Source: an uncultured delta proteobacterium (lineage in GTDB: Bacteria; Desulfobacterota; Desulfobacteria; Desulfobacterales; Desulfosalsimonadaceae). From it: 64,000 nucleotides of DNA. Position numbers and translations under genes: made by a program. Shown here one piece after another: positions 19,284 through 29,745 of the stretch (its first letter is position 1; each line of letters begins with the position of its first letter). The DNA lies in NCBI GenBank assembly GCA_963826785.1, contig CAWGYD010000005.1, positions 128,001 through 192,000 of the forward strand, in the 5' to 3' direction. The notes beneath the pieces are model-generated. The model was given only the letters and a program-made list of their open reading frames with translations, was not told the DNA's origin and made no database searches.

Positions 19284-20324
19284 ATGAGAATATTTATCAG
19301 TCGGCATGCCTGTTTCATCGCACTGATTGCCCTGGCGCTGCAGGTCTTGAGCGCCCGGGCAGATGCCTTTGATGTGTCCGCTCAGTTTTCGGGCGGATAT
19401 GACAGCAATGTCATCCAGGCCCGGGATGAAGAAGGTTCGGGCTTCGGGCTGTACGGATTGTCCGTCGGGCACCGCCTCTATGAGAACACGGACGGGCTCT
19501 CCTCCGATCTTTACCTGGAAGGGTCCTATCAGCAGTATTTTGATTTTGACGATAATTACATGGTGAAAGCCGGGGGCGCCACCGACTGGTTTTACACCGA
19601 TTCGCTAAAACCCCAAATTTATTACGAGGGGCTGATTTACCGGGATGATGAGTTTGAAGCAGATGATTTAAATCAGCTCATGCTGGGCGGACGGCTGGAA
19701 TGGCTGGCCCATGCGCGCCTGACCGCCGCCCTGGATCAGGCGGTCTTGTACCTGGATGGTAAAGAAGATCCATTTTATGCGCCCGGGGAGGTCCCATCGA
19801 CACCCGGCGGTCCTTCCGGCCCAGGCCGGCATGGCCAGGGCAGCGGCGGATTCGGCGGCGGCACCGGGGGGATGGGCGGTATGGGCGGATCCGCCGGAAC
19901 CGGCGGAACTGCAGGCGGCGCTATTACAGATGTCTCCGGAAACGCCGTCCTGAGCCGGACCCGGACCGAGCTGACCTTCTTTATTTCGCCCGCTTTGTCC
20001 GCCGGCACCCGGCTGACCTTTCACCGGATGTGGGCATCCGAGGACCGGGACGCCTACCGGGGCGGCGGGGCATCCGTATTTGCGGACTGGACGCCTGTCC
20101 CCAAATACAAGATTTTTGCCGCGTTTGAGTATCTTACGGCCGATTATGTGGATGATCCGGATGAACGCAAAGACAACATCCGGACAGCGGACCTTGGATT
20201 GATCCGCTCCTTTGATTCATTTGACCTTTTCGCAAAAGCCCGCTGGCAGGACATCGATTCCACCCTCTGGGCTGAAACTTACCAACGGACGGTGATCCAA
20301 TGCGGCGTCTCCTGGTACTTCTGA
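19284..20324 (+). CDS. Outer-membrane beta-barrel protein with a Gly-rich loop
   Basis: Signal peptide ending ARA-DA; GGYDSNV; alternating beta strands; terminal GVSWYF. Confidence 0.72.
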   Translation: MRIFISRHACFIALIALALQVLSARADAFDVSAQFSGGYDSNVIQARDEEGSGFGLYGLSVGHRLYENTDGLSSDLYLEGSYQQYFDFDDNYMVKAGGATDWFYTDSLKPQIYYEGLIYRDDEFEADDLNQLMLGGRLEWLAHARLTAALDQAVLYLDGKEDPFYAPGEVPSTPGGPSGPGRHGQGSGGFGGGTGGMGGMGGSAGTGGTAGGAITDVSGNAVLSRTRTELTFFISPALSAGTRLTFHRMWASEDRDAYRGGGASVFADWTPVPKYKIFAAFEYLTADYVDDPDERKDNIRTADLGLIRSFDSFDLFAKARWQDIDSTLWAETYQRTVIQCGVSWYF

Positions 20325-20713
20325 TCATTTTTGCCATAACGGTTGCACCGGCCTTTTGCCAGGCCACGGAAGCGCTGCTGGGCAGGATTGTCTCCGTTGA
20401 CCAGGGAAAAAACGAACTTCGGGTCCGGCTCAATCCCGATCCGGAGCAGAGTGAGGACGCAGAGGCCGGCCAGCAGGGGCAGGAAATCACCGTCACTTAT
20501 CCGGAGGGAAGCCTGCCCCCTTCAATGAAGGCCGGGACCGTCATCCGCATCTGGGGGGATTATGCTGCGGGGGATTCCCAAATATTTGAGTCCCGGGCCA
20601 TCCGGCAGGGGTTCTGCCGGGCCGGGGAGGATCCCACCGGCGTGCGTTCGCGCATCGGCCGCTCCCCCGGCAGCGGGCGCATGGGACGTATGCCCGGCCA
20701 TCACGGCAGGTGA
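20300..20713 (+). CDS. Exported hypothetical protein (OB-fold-like) with Gly/Met/His tail
   Basis: Signal peptide; GRIVSVD...GTVIRIWG; tail DPTGVRSRIGRSPGSGRMGRMPGHHGR; overlaps both neighbours. Confidence 0.65.
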   Translation: MRRLLVLLIIFAITVAPAFCQATEALLGRIVSVDQGKNELRVRLNPDPEQSEDAEAGQQGQEITVTYPEGSLPPSMKAGTVIRIWGDYAAGDSQIFESRAIRQGFCRAGEDPTGVRSRIGRSPGSGRMGRMPGHHGR

Positions 20714-22329
20714 AGCGTATGCTGAACCGCCGCCAGTCGGAAACTCTAAAGCCCCAAGACCCGCCGGTCCCCTCTTTTTTCCGGCTGGCCCCCACCTGGA
20801 AGGGCAATCTGCTGGTATTCGGCCTTTTAATCGCCGTCACCCTGGGCTGGTTCTACTGGCAGGTCCGGTCCGCGCAGCAGACTTTCACCCAGCATGTGAC
20901 GGAGCAGACCCGGCTCCTGGCGTCGGTGATCCGGCTCAATGCGGACAGCGCCAGATTTTCCCTGTCCGTCATCGAAGATGTCATGGAAACCTTTCTGGGC
21001 AATGCGGCCCGGTTTGTCGATTACCTGGATGCGGTGGAGCCGTTTTCATCATCCGAACTGGCCGCGTTTTCACGAGAAATCGGGCTTTCCGGCATCCGCA
21101 TCATCAGCGCCGGATCCCAGGTGACCGAGGGGCCTGCCGGCTGGCTTCCCCGAAATGCGGATTGCGCGCGTGCCTCGACCCTGTCCTATGACCGGAAGGC
21201 GAATACTTATTTCTTGAGCATGCCCCGGGCCGGAGGCGGATGTGTGGTGGTGGGCTTTTCCGCCGAGCACATCCGGGAATTGCAGGAGCAGATCCGGCTG
21301 CCCAACCAGGTTCGCGCCCTGACCGGTCTGCCGGAGATCGAATATGTGCGCATGGATCCCCGGCCCCAGGCGAAATTTTCAGGTTCCGAAGCGCCCGTGG
21401 TGCGCTTTGTGGAAACCCAAAAGGGGAAAACCGCAGAAGCCATACTCCCCATGGGCGCCCAGTTCCTGATCGTCGGGGTGTCCGCAGGCGGATTTTTCGA
21501 CCGGGTGGATCAGCTGTGGCGCCAGTTCTTTATGTTCGCCGCCATGATTGCCGCGGTGGGCGCGTTTTTGTCCTGGATCTGGTACCGCTACCAGATGGGC
21601 TACCTTTCCCAGATCCGCGATTTTGAAAAGCACCTGGCCCGTGAACAGGAGGATGCGGCCCTGGGGCGGGCGTCGGCCACCATCACCCATGAACTGAGAA
21701 ACCCTTTAAACGCCATCAGTATGGGGCTGCAGCGCCTGAATCTGGAAGCCGCCGAGATCTCCGGCGAGCATCGGCAGCTGCTCGCCTCTCTACTGGCATC
21801 GGTGAAGCGGACCAACGACATCATCGCCGATCTGAAGCGCTATGCCGGCCCCATCAAACCCAGGCGGCAGCCGGTCCGCATCAATTCACTGGTTTCCGAA
21901 CTGCTGACCCTCTACCGCAGCGTGTGCCGGGAACAAAACATCGAGGTCAGCTTTAATTCGGATACATCATCTCAGGTAAACGGGGATTACGATCTGCTGG
22001 CGGTGGTGGTTGAAAATCTGATCAAAAATGCCATAGAAGCGCAGCCGTCCGGCGGGGAGCTGTCCGTGCAGATCCGGGAGCGGCATCCCAGGATTGAACT
22101 TTTAATCGAAAACAGTGGATTGCATATATCGGCAGAGCCGCTGCCCATGATTTTCGAACCGTATTTTACCACCAAAACCCGCGGGTCGGGGCTGGGCCTG
22201 GCCACGGTCAAGCGGATTGTCGATGCGCATGGCGGGAGCATCTCCGCAGATTCACCAATCCCGGGCAAACTGCGGATGAGGGTCCTGCTGCCCAAGGTCA
22301 AAAAGATAAACATAAAAGGACTGAGATGA
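20710..22329 (+). CDS. Membrane sensor histidine kinase
   Basis: Two TM helices around a periplasmic domain; THELRNPL, NLIKNAIEA, FEPYFTTK, GSGLGL. Confidence 0.92.
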   Translation: MKRMLNRRQSETLKPQDPPVPSFFRLAPTWKGNLLVFGLLIAVTLGWFYWQVRSAQQTFTQHVTEQTRLLASVIRLNADSARFSLSVIEDVMETFLGNAARFVDYLDAVEPFSSSELAAFSREIGLSGIRIISAGSQVTEGPAGWLPRNADCARASTLSYDRKANTYFLSMPRAGGGCVVVGFSAEHIRELQEQIRLPNQVRALTGLPEIEYVRMDPRPQAKFSGSEAPVVRFVETQKGKTAEAILPMGAQFLIVGVSAGGFFDRVDQLWRQFFMFAAMIAAVGAFLSWIWYRYQMGYLSQIRDFEKHLAREQEDAALGRASATITHELRNPLNAISMGLQRLNLEAAEISGEHRQLLASLLASVKRTNDIIADLKRYAGPIKPRRQPVRINSLVSELLTLYRSVCREQNIEVSFNSDTSSQVNGDYDLLAVVVENLIKNAIEAQPSGGELSVQIRERHPRIELLIENSGLHISAEPLPMIFEPYFTTKTRGSGLGLATVKRIVDAHGGSISADSPIPGKLRMRVLLPKVKKINIKGLR

Positions 22330-23663
22330 AGATACTGGTCGTCGATGATGAGCCGCTGCAGTGCGACCTGCTGAAAGGGTTTCTCGAAAAACACGCGTAT
22401 GAAGTCGTCACCGCCCAGACCGGAGTCGATGCCATGCGCCTTTTCCGGGATATGCCGTTTCAAATGGTGCTGCTGGATCACCGGCTGCCCGACGCTGCCG
22501 GCGATGACATCCTGGATCAGATAAAATCCATCAATCCGCTGACCCGGAGCATCATGATCACGGCCTACGGCACAGTGGACACGGCGGTGCGGGTGATGAA
22601 GCTGGGGGCGGACGATTTCCTGGAAAAACCGGTGGACCTGGAAGCGCTTCTGGAAAAGATCCGCCGTATCGAGCAGATGGTGGAAGTGGAGGCGGAGGCG
22701 GGCAAGGTGGCTGACGAACTGGCCGGCGCCCCCCTGCCGGTCCGGATCATCGGGGAGAGCGCCGAGATGAAAAACGTGCTCTCCCTGGCCCGGCGGATCG
22801 CTCCCACTCCCTGGGCCGTGCTCATCCGGGGCGAGACCGGTACCGGCAAGGAACTGATCGCCCACCTGATCCACCTGCTCAGCCCGAGAAAAGACCAGCC
22901 CTTCGTGGAGGTCAACTGCGCCGCCATTCCGGAAAACCTGTTCGAGTCCGAGCTGTTCGGGCACGAAAAAGGGGCGTTTACCGGCGCCCACGCGGCCCGG
23001 CGGGGCCGGTTCGAATTGGCCGACGCAGGCACCCTGTTCCTGGACGAAATCGGGGAACTCCCCCAGCATCTCCAGGCCAAGCTGCTGCGGGTGTTGCAGG
23101 AGAACAAGATTTTCCGGGTGGGGAGTGAAAACCCCATCCAGGTGGACGTCCGGGTGATCACCGCCACCAACCGGGACTTAAAGCAACTGGTGGAGGTGGG
23201 CGGGTTCCGGGAGGACCTGTTCTACCGCCTCAAGGTCCTGGAAATCGAGATTCCGCCTCTGCGACGGCGCAAGCAGGACATTCCCGTGCTGACCGATCAT
23301 TTCATGGACCGGTACGGCTCCGGCGCCCACCGGATGGAAGCGGATGCGATGGCCACCCTGGTCAAATATGATTTTCCCGGCAATGTCCGTGAACTCGAGC
23401 ATATCATACAGCGAACCGTGACCCTTGGCCGAACGAGCCTGATCTCTGTACGCGATCTGCCCGAAGAAATCCGCTACTGTCAGGCGCCGGATTCAAAAAC
23501 GCTTTCCATCCGTCTGGAGGCCGTGGAGAGGGAGATGATCCGCACCGCCCTGGAAAAACAGGAGTGGAATCAATCCCGGGCGGCCGAGTCCCTCGGCATC
23601 AGCGAAAGGGTGCTGCGTTATAAGATGAAAAAGAACGGGATCATCAATCCGAAATACAGGTGA
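22326..23663 (+). CDS. Sigma-54-dependent response regulator (REC-AAA+-Fis HTH)
   Basis: ILVVDDE, GETGTGKE, ELFGHEKGAFTGA, LFLDEIGE, FREDLFYRL, PGNVREL, C-terminal HTH. Confidence 0.95.
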   Translation: MKILVVDDEPLQCDLLKGFLEKHAYEVVTAQTGVDAMRLFRDMPFQMVLLDHRLPDAAGDDILDQIKSINPLTRSIMITAYGTVDTAVRVMKLGADDFLEKPVDLEALLEKIRRIEQMVEVEAEAGKVADELAGAPLPVRIIGESAEMKNVLSLARRIAPTPWAVLIRGETGTGKELIAHLIHLLSPRKDQPFVEVNCAAIPENLFESELFGHEKGAFTGAHAARRGRFELADAGTLFLDEIGELPQHLQAKLLRVLQENKIFRVGSENPIQVDVRVITATNRDLKQLVEVGGFREDLFYRLKVLEIEIPPLRRRKQDIPVLTDHFMDRYGSGAHRMEADAMATLVKYDFPGNVRELEHIIQRTVTLGRTSLISVRDLPEEIRYCQAPDSKTLSIRLEAVEREMIRTALEKQEWNQSRAAESLGISERVLRYKMKKNGIINPKYR

Positions 23664-24904
23664 ACACGATGAATAAACACGATATCGGCTTTGAGCACGC
23701 CCTTGGCCTGGCCATGGAAAATGTCTCTCCCCTCGGCACCGAAACCGTTGCCATACCCCGTGCCGTGGGCCGACATCTGGCCGAAAGGGCCGTCTCCCTC
23801 GTGGATTCCCCCTCCGTGGACGCCTCTTTAAAGGACGGCTTTGCCGTTGTTTCCGCAGATATTGCCGGCGCATCTCTTGAACATCGGGTTCAACTTGAAA
23901 TCGTCGGTGAATCGGCCGCCGGCGATCATTGGCCGCCTTCTGTCCGCACCGGTCAGGCGGTGCGCATTCTGAGCGGCGCCCCCATTCCGGAAGGTGCGGA
24001 TGCGGTGCTTGCAGAAGAATATACCAGACGGTCCGGTTCGCATCTTCTGGCGTTTGCAGACGCTCGGCCCGGACGCAATATTCTGCCCATGGGAACGGAT
24101 GTACGGTGCGGCGAAATCATCGGCGAAACCGGGCAGATGGTCACCCCGCAGCTGCTGGGTCTGCTGGTGGCGGGCGGCATTTCCGGAATTCTGGCATACA
24201 AACGCCCGAAAATCGGACTTCTGGCCACCGGCAACGAGATCCTGCTGCCGGGACAGCCCATCGAACCGGGCAAGGTGTATGCGAGCAATGCCGCGCTTCA
24301 GATGGCCTGGCTGTCGTCCGTGGGGATGGAAACCGCGGTGGCGGTATCCGGCGATTCCGCCGATCGTCTCGAAGCATGCATCAAGCGGCTGCATGAGACA
24401 TGCGATGTGGTGATCACATCCGGCGGGGCCTGGAAAGGGGACCGGGACCTGGTGGCGGGCGTACTCGATTCCATGGGCTGGACTCTGTTGTTTCACCGGA
24501 TCCGCATGGGGCCGGGAAAGGCGCTGGGCATGGGCATTTTAGACACCAAACCGGTGTTCTGCCTCCCCGGCGGTCCGGCATCCAATGAAGCGGCCTTTCT
24601 CCATGTCGTCTTTCCGGCGATTTTAAAGATCGCCGGCGCCCGGACCTGCCCTTACCTGTACCTGGAAGGCTACCTGGCGGAAGACGTCACCGGCCAGGTG
24701 GATTGGACCCAGTTTGTTCAATGTGAAATCATCCAGACCGCGCCGGAAATTCGCTTGAAACCCAAGAAGATGAAAAGCCGGATGGCCGCCATGATGAAAA
24801 CCCCGGCCGTAATCAAGATCCCCGAAGGGGTGGACCGGATCACCGCCGGCACCCGGGTGCCGTTTCTGTGCATCAACCCGTTCCGTTTCAGCTATCCTAT
24901 TTGA
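23660..24904 (+). CDS. moeA: Molybdopterin molybdotransferase
   Basis: SLKDGFAV, RILSGAPIPEGADAV, ATGNEI, TSGGAWKGDRD, LPGGPAS. Confidence 0.88.
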   Translation: MNTMNKHDIGFEHALGLAMENVSPLGTETVAIPRAVGRHLAERAVSLVDSPSVDASLKDGFAVVSADIAGASLEHRVQLEIVGESAAGDHWPPSVRTGQAVRILSGAPIPEGADAVLAEEYTRRSGSHLLAFADARPGRNILPMGTDVRCGEIIGETGQMVTPQLLGLLVAGGISGILAYKRPKIGLLATGNEILLPGQPIEPGKVYASNAALQMAWLSSVGMETAVAVSGDSADRLEACIKRLHETCDVVITSGGAWKGDRDLVAGVLDSMGWTLLFHRIRMGPGKALGMGILDTKPVFCLPGGPASNEAAFLHVVFPAILKIAGARTCPYLYLEGYLAEDVTGQVDWTQFVQCEIIQTAPEIRLKPKKMKSRMAAMMKTPAVIKIPEGVDRITAGTRVPFLCINPFRFSYPI

Positions 24905-24915
24905 AGCATTTTTTT

Positions 24916-25359
24916 TCAGCCTCGATGTGCCCGGGCTTCGGATTCGGTCTTGATGGCCTGGAGGAGCCGAATGGTCAACTGATGCAGCCTGCCGGTTACA
25001 CCGGCCAATCGGGCCGGCAGGAGCAGGATTCCGTTGAAGACTTCCGTGCTTTTCACGGTGACCATGGTTTTTCGCTGGTTGAATTCAAAGGTGTGCCTTG
25101 CGGAAATCCCCCACTTGGAACCGGTCCAGATCACTTTTTTGCCCGGGTTGCAGGTTTCGACCACCGGCGCGATGCGGATGGGGAAAAAGATCGGGTTCAG
25201 CTCAAAGGAAATGCAGCTTCCCCGGGTAAACGTTCTGCCCTGCTCAAAACGGCATTCCCGGCAGACCGGATTCCATTCCCGCCACTGGCCGATGTCCGAA
25301 AACACCTCCCAGACAACCGAAAGAGGGGCGTTGATGCGGATTTTTTCAGTGATGATCAT
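24916..25359 (-). CDS. SRPBCC/polyketide-cyclase-like protein
   Basis: MIITEKIRINAPLSVVWEVFSDIGQWREWNP; ATG 25359 overlaps the stop of the upstream gene (ATGA). Confidence 0.8.
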   Translation of the reverse strand: MIITEKIRINAPLSVVWEVFSDIGQWREWNPVCRECRFEQGRTFTRGSCISFELNPIFFPIRIAPVVETCNPGKKVIWTGSKWGISARHTFEFNQRKTMVTVKSTEVFNGILLLPARLAGVTGRLHQLTIRLLQAIKTESEARAHRG

Positions 25360-26369
25360 TTTTCGCTTTCCCTGGGGGATAAAAAACACGATTGCCGGGA
25401 CAGGATGCCCGGGCCGCTGGTCTCTTCGGAAAGGGCGGTGCAGATGGCCTGTTCCATGGATATCAGGTCCACGGGGACCAGTTCCCGGATGCGGTCGTTT
25501 CTGCAGATGGCCTCGTTTTTCAATCCCTCGGCCAGGGGGAGGACGACCCCTGCGGGGACCGGTGTGATCAGGGTGATCCAATAGGCGGAAATCCTGGGGC
25601 TGAACATGGGAACGGGAATGATCGTCCTTCGGATACCGCGCACCCGGGCATACAATCCGATCAGGTCCGCGTAGCTCAAGATATCCGGCCCGCCGATATC
25701 GAAAGACCCTCCGGCGGTTTCAGGCACTTGGGCACATCCCGCCAGGTAATCGAGGACGTTTTGTATGGCAATGGGCTGGGACCGGGTGTAGATCCATCGG
25801 GGGCAGAGCATCACCGGCAGCCGCTCCGTCAAGTAGCGGATGATTTCAAATCCGGCGCCCCCGGCGCCGATGATCACTGCGGCCCGAAGCACCGTGGTTT
25901 TCGGCGTTGCCGATTGAAGGATGTGCCCCACTTCCTGGCGGCTGGCCAGATGACTGGAAAGGTCATCCGCCATTTCGCCCAGGCCGCCGAGATAGATGAT
26001 TCGGGATACCCCGGCGCTCTGGGCGGCACGGATGAAATTTTCAGCCGCATGGCGGTCCCGGGTTTCAAACTCCCGGGTTTCCCGGATGCTGCGGCCCCCC
26101 ATGGAATGGACCAGGTAAAAGGCGGTGTCGATGCCTTCGACTGCCGGGGAAAGACTTTCGGGTTTTAACAGATCGCCGTGGACGATCTCCGGTTTATTGG
26201 CCAGCTGCACCGGCAGGTCCAGTTTCTCCGGGGGGCGGACCAGGCAGCGCGCCGCACATCCCATGCGGTCAAGATGCAGCAGCAGACGTTTGCCGATAAA
26301 TCCGGTGGCGCCGGCAATGAGCAGCCGCGACTGGTGAAACGGTTTTTCAAAAGTCAGTTGATCGACCAT
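25356..26369 (-). CDS. NAD(P)H-binding atypical SDR protein (YbjT-like)
   Basis: IAGATGFIG, FYLVHSM, IIYLGGL, SHLASRQEV, LRAAVIIG, DIGGPDILSY. Confidence 0.88.
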   Translation of the reverse strand: MVDQLTFEKPFHQSRLLIAGATGFIGKRLLLHLDRMGCAARCLVRPPEKLDLPVQLANKPEIVHGDLLKPESLSPAVEGIDTAFYLVHSMGGRSIRETREFETRDRHAAENFIRAAQSAGVSRIIYLGGLGEMADDLSSHLASRQEVGHILQSATPKTTVLRAAVIIGAGGAGFEIIRYLTERLPVMLCPRWIYTRSQPIAIQNVLDYLAGCAQVPETAGGSFDIGGPDILSYADLIGLYARVRGIRRTIIPVPMFSPRISAYWITLITPVPAGVVLPLAEGLKNEAICRNDRIRELVPVDLISMEQAICTALSEETSGPGILSRQSCFLSPRESEK

Positions 26370-26485
26370 ACTCCCGCATTGAATTTGGGGCCATCAGCGC
26401 TTAAGATAATACATTCATTTTCAAATAATCTAAAATAATATATATATTCTTTTGAGATGGCACACAATCATTTGGGAGAAACAAG

Positions 26486-27436
26486 ATGGAGAACCGGATC
26501 AAACTGGGGATCAGTTCTTGCCTGCTGGGCGAAAATGTCCGCTGGAACGGCGGGCACAAGCTCGACCACTTTTTGCGCGACACCCTGGGGCAGTACATCG
26601 AATATGTGCCGGTCTGCCCCGAAGTGGAATGCGGGCTGCCCACCCCGCGGGAGACCATGCGGCTGGTGGGCGACGCCGAAAACCCGCGCCTGGTGACCTC
26701 CCGCTCGGGCATCGATCACACGCAGCGGATGGCCGAGTGGGCGGCAAGGCGGGTCCGGGACCTGGAAAAAGAAGATCTGTGTGGTTTTATTTTCAAGGCC
26801 AATTCCCCCAGCAGCGGGCTTTTACGGGTCAAGGTATACGGCCCCAAGGGGCTGCCGGAAAAAAAAGGGATCGGGATGTTTGCCCGGGCCTTTACCGGGC
26901 ATTTCCCTTTGATTCCGGTGGAGGAGGAAGGCCGGCTGCATGATCCGATGCTTCGTGAAAATTTCATCGAACAGATTTTTGTCTTCAAGCAGTGGCGGGA
27001 ACTGGCGGCTCGAAAATGGCGGCCGGCCGACATCATCGATTTTCATACCCGCAATAAGCTGCTTATCATGGCCCACAGCCAGCAGATCGCCCGGGATATG
27101 GGCAAACTGGTGGCAGGCGTCAAACACATCGATCCCGAGACATTCTACCGGCAGTATGAATCGTCTCTCATGGCGGCGCTTCGCCTGAAAGCAACGGTTC
27201 CAAAAAACATGAATGTCCTGCAGCACATGATGGGATATTTCAGAGATCAGCTGAGCAAAGACGAGAAGCAGGAACTTCTGGAGATATTTGATCAGTATCG
27301 GCGGGGTTACGTGCCGCTGATCGTTCCGCTCACGCTGATCAATCATTATGTGCGCAAATACGATCAGGCCTACCTGCGCAGTCAGGCGTATTTGAATCCG
27401 CACCCCGTTGAACTTAAAATCCGCACCTACATGTAG
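26486..27436 (+). CDS. DUF523 + DUF1722 protein (YbgA / 2-thiouracil desulfurase family)
   Basis: GISSCLLGENVRWNGGH, PVCPEVECGLPTPRE, SPSSG, EEEGRL, NVLQHMMGYF, YLNPHP. Confidence 0.9.
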   Translation: MENRIKLGISSCLLGENVRWNGGHKLDHFLRDTLGQYIEYVPVCPEVECGLPTPRETMRLVGDAENPRLVTSRSGIDHTQRMAEWAARRVRDLEKEDLCGFIFKANSPSSGLLRVKVYGPKGLPEKKGIGMFARAFTGHFPLIPVEEEGRLHDPMLRENFIEQIFVFKQWRELAARKWRPADIIDFHTRNKLLIMAHSQQIARDMGKLVAGVKHIDPETFYRQYESSLMAALRLKATVPKNMNVLQHMMGYFRDQLSKDEKQELLEIFDQYRRGYVPLIVPLTLINHYVRKYDQAYLRSQAYLNPHPVELKIRTYM

Positions 27437-27447
27437 AGCGTTTCTGA

Positions 27448-29745
27448 ATGAAAAAAGACCAGATCAGTGTGTTGGAGGAAATTTTTCAGGTCATTGCAGA
27501 ATCTGAAAATCCCGATCAGACGTTAGACCGGATCGTCCAGATTATCGCCCGGCGGTTCTCGGTGGATGTCTGTTCGGTTTATGTCTATGATGCGCCCCGG
27601 AACCGGCTGGTTCTGCGGGCGACCGTGGGGCTCAGCCGCAATTCGGTAGGCTCCATCGAGATGGATCTCAGCGAGGGATTGACCGGCATGGCCATCGAAG
27701 AGTCACGGCCGGTCTTCGTCACCGATCCGTCCACCCATCCCCGGTTCAAGTATTATGCGCAAAGCGGGGAAGAGATCTACCGGACATTTTTAGCGCTGCC
27801 CCTGATTTATCACCAGCAGATCCTGGGAGCGATGGTGGTGCAGACGCTTTCCAGAGACGGAATATCGGAATCCGACATCCCGGTTTTCGAAAATATTTCC
27901 AGCCAGATTTCGGCAACGGTCGCCTATACCGGATTGATCCTGCGAAACGGCCGTCAGCCCTTTGCCAACGGGGCTGAAAATCAGCCGGTGATGTCCGACG
28001 GTGAATGTTATTACCGGCGAAACTGCTTGAGAGGCGAGGCGGTTTCGGAGTCGGTGGCAGAAGGCGCGGCCCATTACCTGCCCGAGACCATCGAGTTTGA
28101 CCAGGTCGGATGCACCTACGCCCCGGATGCGCAAACCGAGGACCAGCGGATCGAAAGCGCCTTTCTGGGGGCAGAAGAACAGATCCGCCGCATTGCCGAG
28201 AGGGCCAAGGCCATTTCCCCCGAAGAGGCGGGCATGGTGGAAGCCCACCTGATGTTTTTGTCGGACAAATCCCTGAAAAACAAGATCAAGGAAAAGATCG
28301 CGTCCGGAAACTGTGCCGAATATGCCTTAAAGCAGGTCATCATGGCCTACGTGGAAAAGTTCAGGGCGGTGGAAGACCCCTACCTGAGCGAACGTGCGGC
28401 CGATATCCTCGACATCGGCCGGCGGGTGCTGGACATGCTCATCGGCTCCAACGGCGAGCTTCACCGCACCTTCGAGCAGGATACCATCGTGATTGCCTCG
28501 GACCTGTCACCGGTGGATCTCCTGGCCATCCGGCAGCCCCGCCTGAAAGGCATCGTGCTCGCCAGGGGCGGCCGAACCTCTCATACGGTCATCCTGGCCA
28601 AGTCATTTGAACTCGCCATCGTCATCGGGGTGCACAATGTGATCGAAACCGTCCGTGAGGGGGATCACCTGATTTTAGACGGGGTGTCCGGGTTCGTGTT
28701 CGCCAATCCACCCGATGAAATCCGGGTGGAGTATGACCGGCGCCGGGCTGAAGAAAAGGCGATCGTCAAAAAACTGGAGAGCATCCGGGATCTGCCCGCC
28801 GTCACCACCGACGGCGCAACCATCGCGATGGGGGCCAATATCGGCCTGATGTCGGATACGGAGCTGGTCAAAAAATCAGGTGCGGACCACGTGGGGCTGT
28901 ACCGCACCGAATTTCCGTTCCTGCTGCGAAAGAGCTTTCCCACAGAAGACGATCAGTTTTCCATTTATAAAAAGGTGCTGGAAAACATCGAAAACCGATG
29001 GGTGACCATCCGGACCTTCGATGCGGGCGGGGACAAGTTTTTGCCCTACACGGATTCCCCCCGGGAAGAAAACCCGTTTCTCGGGTGGCGGTCCATCCGC
29101 ATCAGCCTGGATCTGGAAGAGGTGTTCCGCACGCAGATCCGTGCGATCCTTCGGGCTTCTGCATTCGGAAAAGTGAAAATGCTTTTTCCCATGATCACTT
29201 CGGTAAAGGAAATCCGCCGCATCACCGAAATCGTGGCTTCCGAAAAGCACAAGCTGAGCAAAGAAGAAATTGCCTATGATCAAGGCATTCAGCTGGGAAT
29301 AATGATCGAGGTGCCGGCCGCCGCCCGGATACTGGACCGCCTGTTGCGATACATCGATTTTGTGAGCATCGGCACCAACGACCTGGTCCAGTACCTCCTG
29401 GCGGTGGACCGCAACAATCAGAAAGTGGGCGGTCTTTATAATGCCCTGCATCCTTCGGTCATCGAGACCATTGCCGATATCACCGCCTTGTGCAAAGCCC
29501 ATCAAACCCCGGTGGGCATCTGCGGCGAGGCGGCCTCCCGCCATGAATGCCTGCTGCTGTATGCGGGAATGGGGGTGGATTCCGTCAGCATGACCCCCAC
29601 CTCCATCCCGGCGGCCAAGCAGTTCATCCGCCGGCTGAGCCAGACGGAGGCCGCCGGCATCCTGGAGGAAACCCGCCGCATGGAGGACACGGAGGTCATC
29701 GACCGGTTCATCCGTGACTATATCCAGCAGCACCATTTAGATTAA
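27448..29745 (+). CDS. ptsP: GAF-containing PEP-protein phosphotransferase (EI-Ntr type)
   Basis: N-terminal GAF domain (DVCSVY, HPRFKY); GGRTSHTVILA, GLYRTEF, EENPFLGWRSIR, SIGTNDLVQY, GICGE. Confidence 0.93.
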   Translation: MKKDQISVLEEIFQVIAESENPDQTLDRIVQIIARRFSVDVCSVYVYDAPRNRLVLRATVGLSRNSVGSIEMDLSEGLTGMAIEESRPVFVTDPSTHPRFKYYAQSGEEIYRTFLALPLIYHQQILGAMVVQTLSRDGISESDIPVFENISSQISATVAYTGLILRNGRQPFANGAENQPVMSDGECYYRRNCLRGEAVSESVAEGAAHYLPETIEFDQVGCTYAPDAQTEDQRIESAFLGAEEQIRRIAERAKAISPEEAGMVEAHLMFLSDKSLKNKIKEKIASGNCAEYALKQVIMAYVEKFRAVEDPYLSERAADILDIGRRVLDMLIGSNGELHRTFEQDTIVIASDLSPVDLLAIRQPRLKGIVLARGGRTSHTVILAKSFELAIVIGVHNVIETVREGDHLILDGVSGFVFANPPDEIRVEYDRRRAEEKAIVKKLESIRDLPAVTTDGATIAMGANIGLMSDTELVKKSGADHVGLYRTEFPFLLRKSFPTEDDQFSIYKKVLENIENRWVTIRTFDAGGDKFLPYTDSPREENPFLGWRSIRISLDLEEVFRTQIRAILRASAFGKVKMLFPMITSVKEIRRITEIVASEKHKLSKEEIAYDQGIQLGIMIEVPAAARILDRLLRYIDFVSIGTNDLVQYLLAVDRNNQKVGGLYNALHPSVIETIADITALCKAHQTPVGICGEAASRHECLLLYAGMGVDSVSMTPTSIPAAKQFIRRLSQTEAAGILEETRRMEDTEVIDRFIRDYIQQHHLD

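Noticed and set aside
26458..26475. Sigma-54 promoter (TGGCAC) before the DUF523 gene
   Set aside because: No GC at the -12 position, and it is too close to the start codon.
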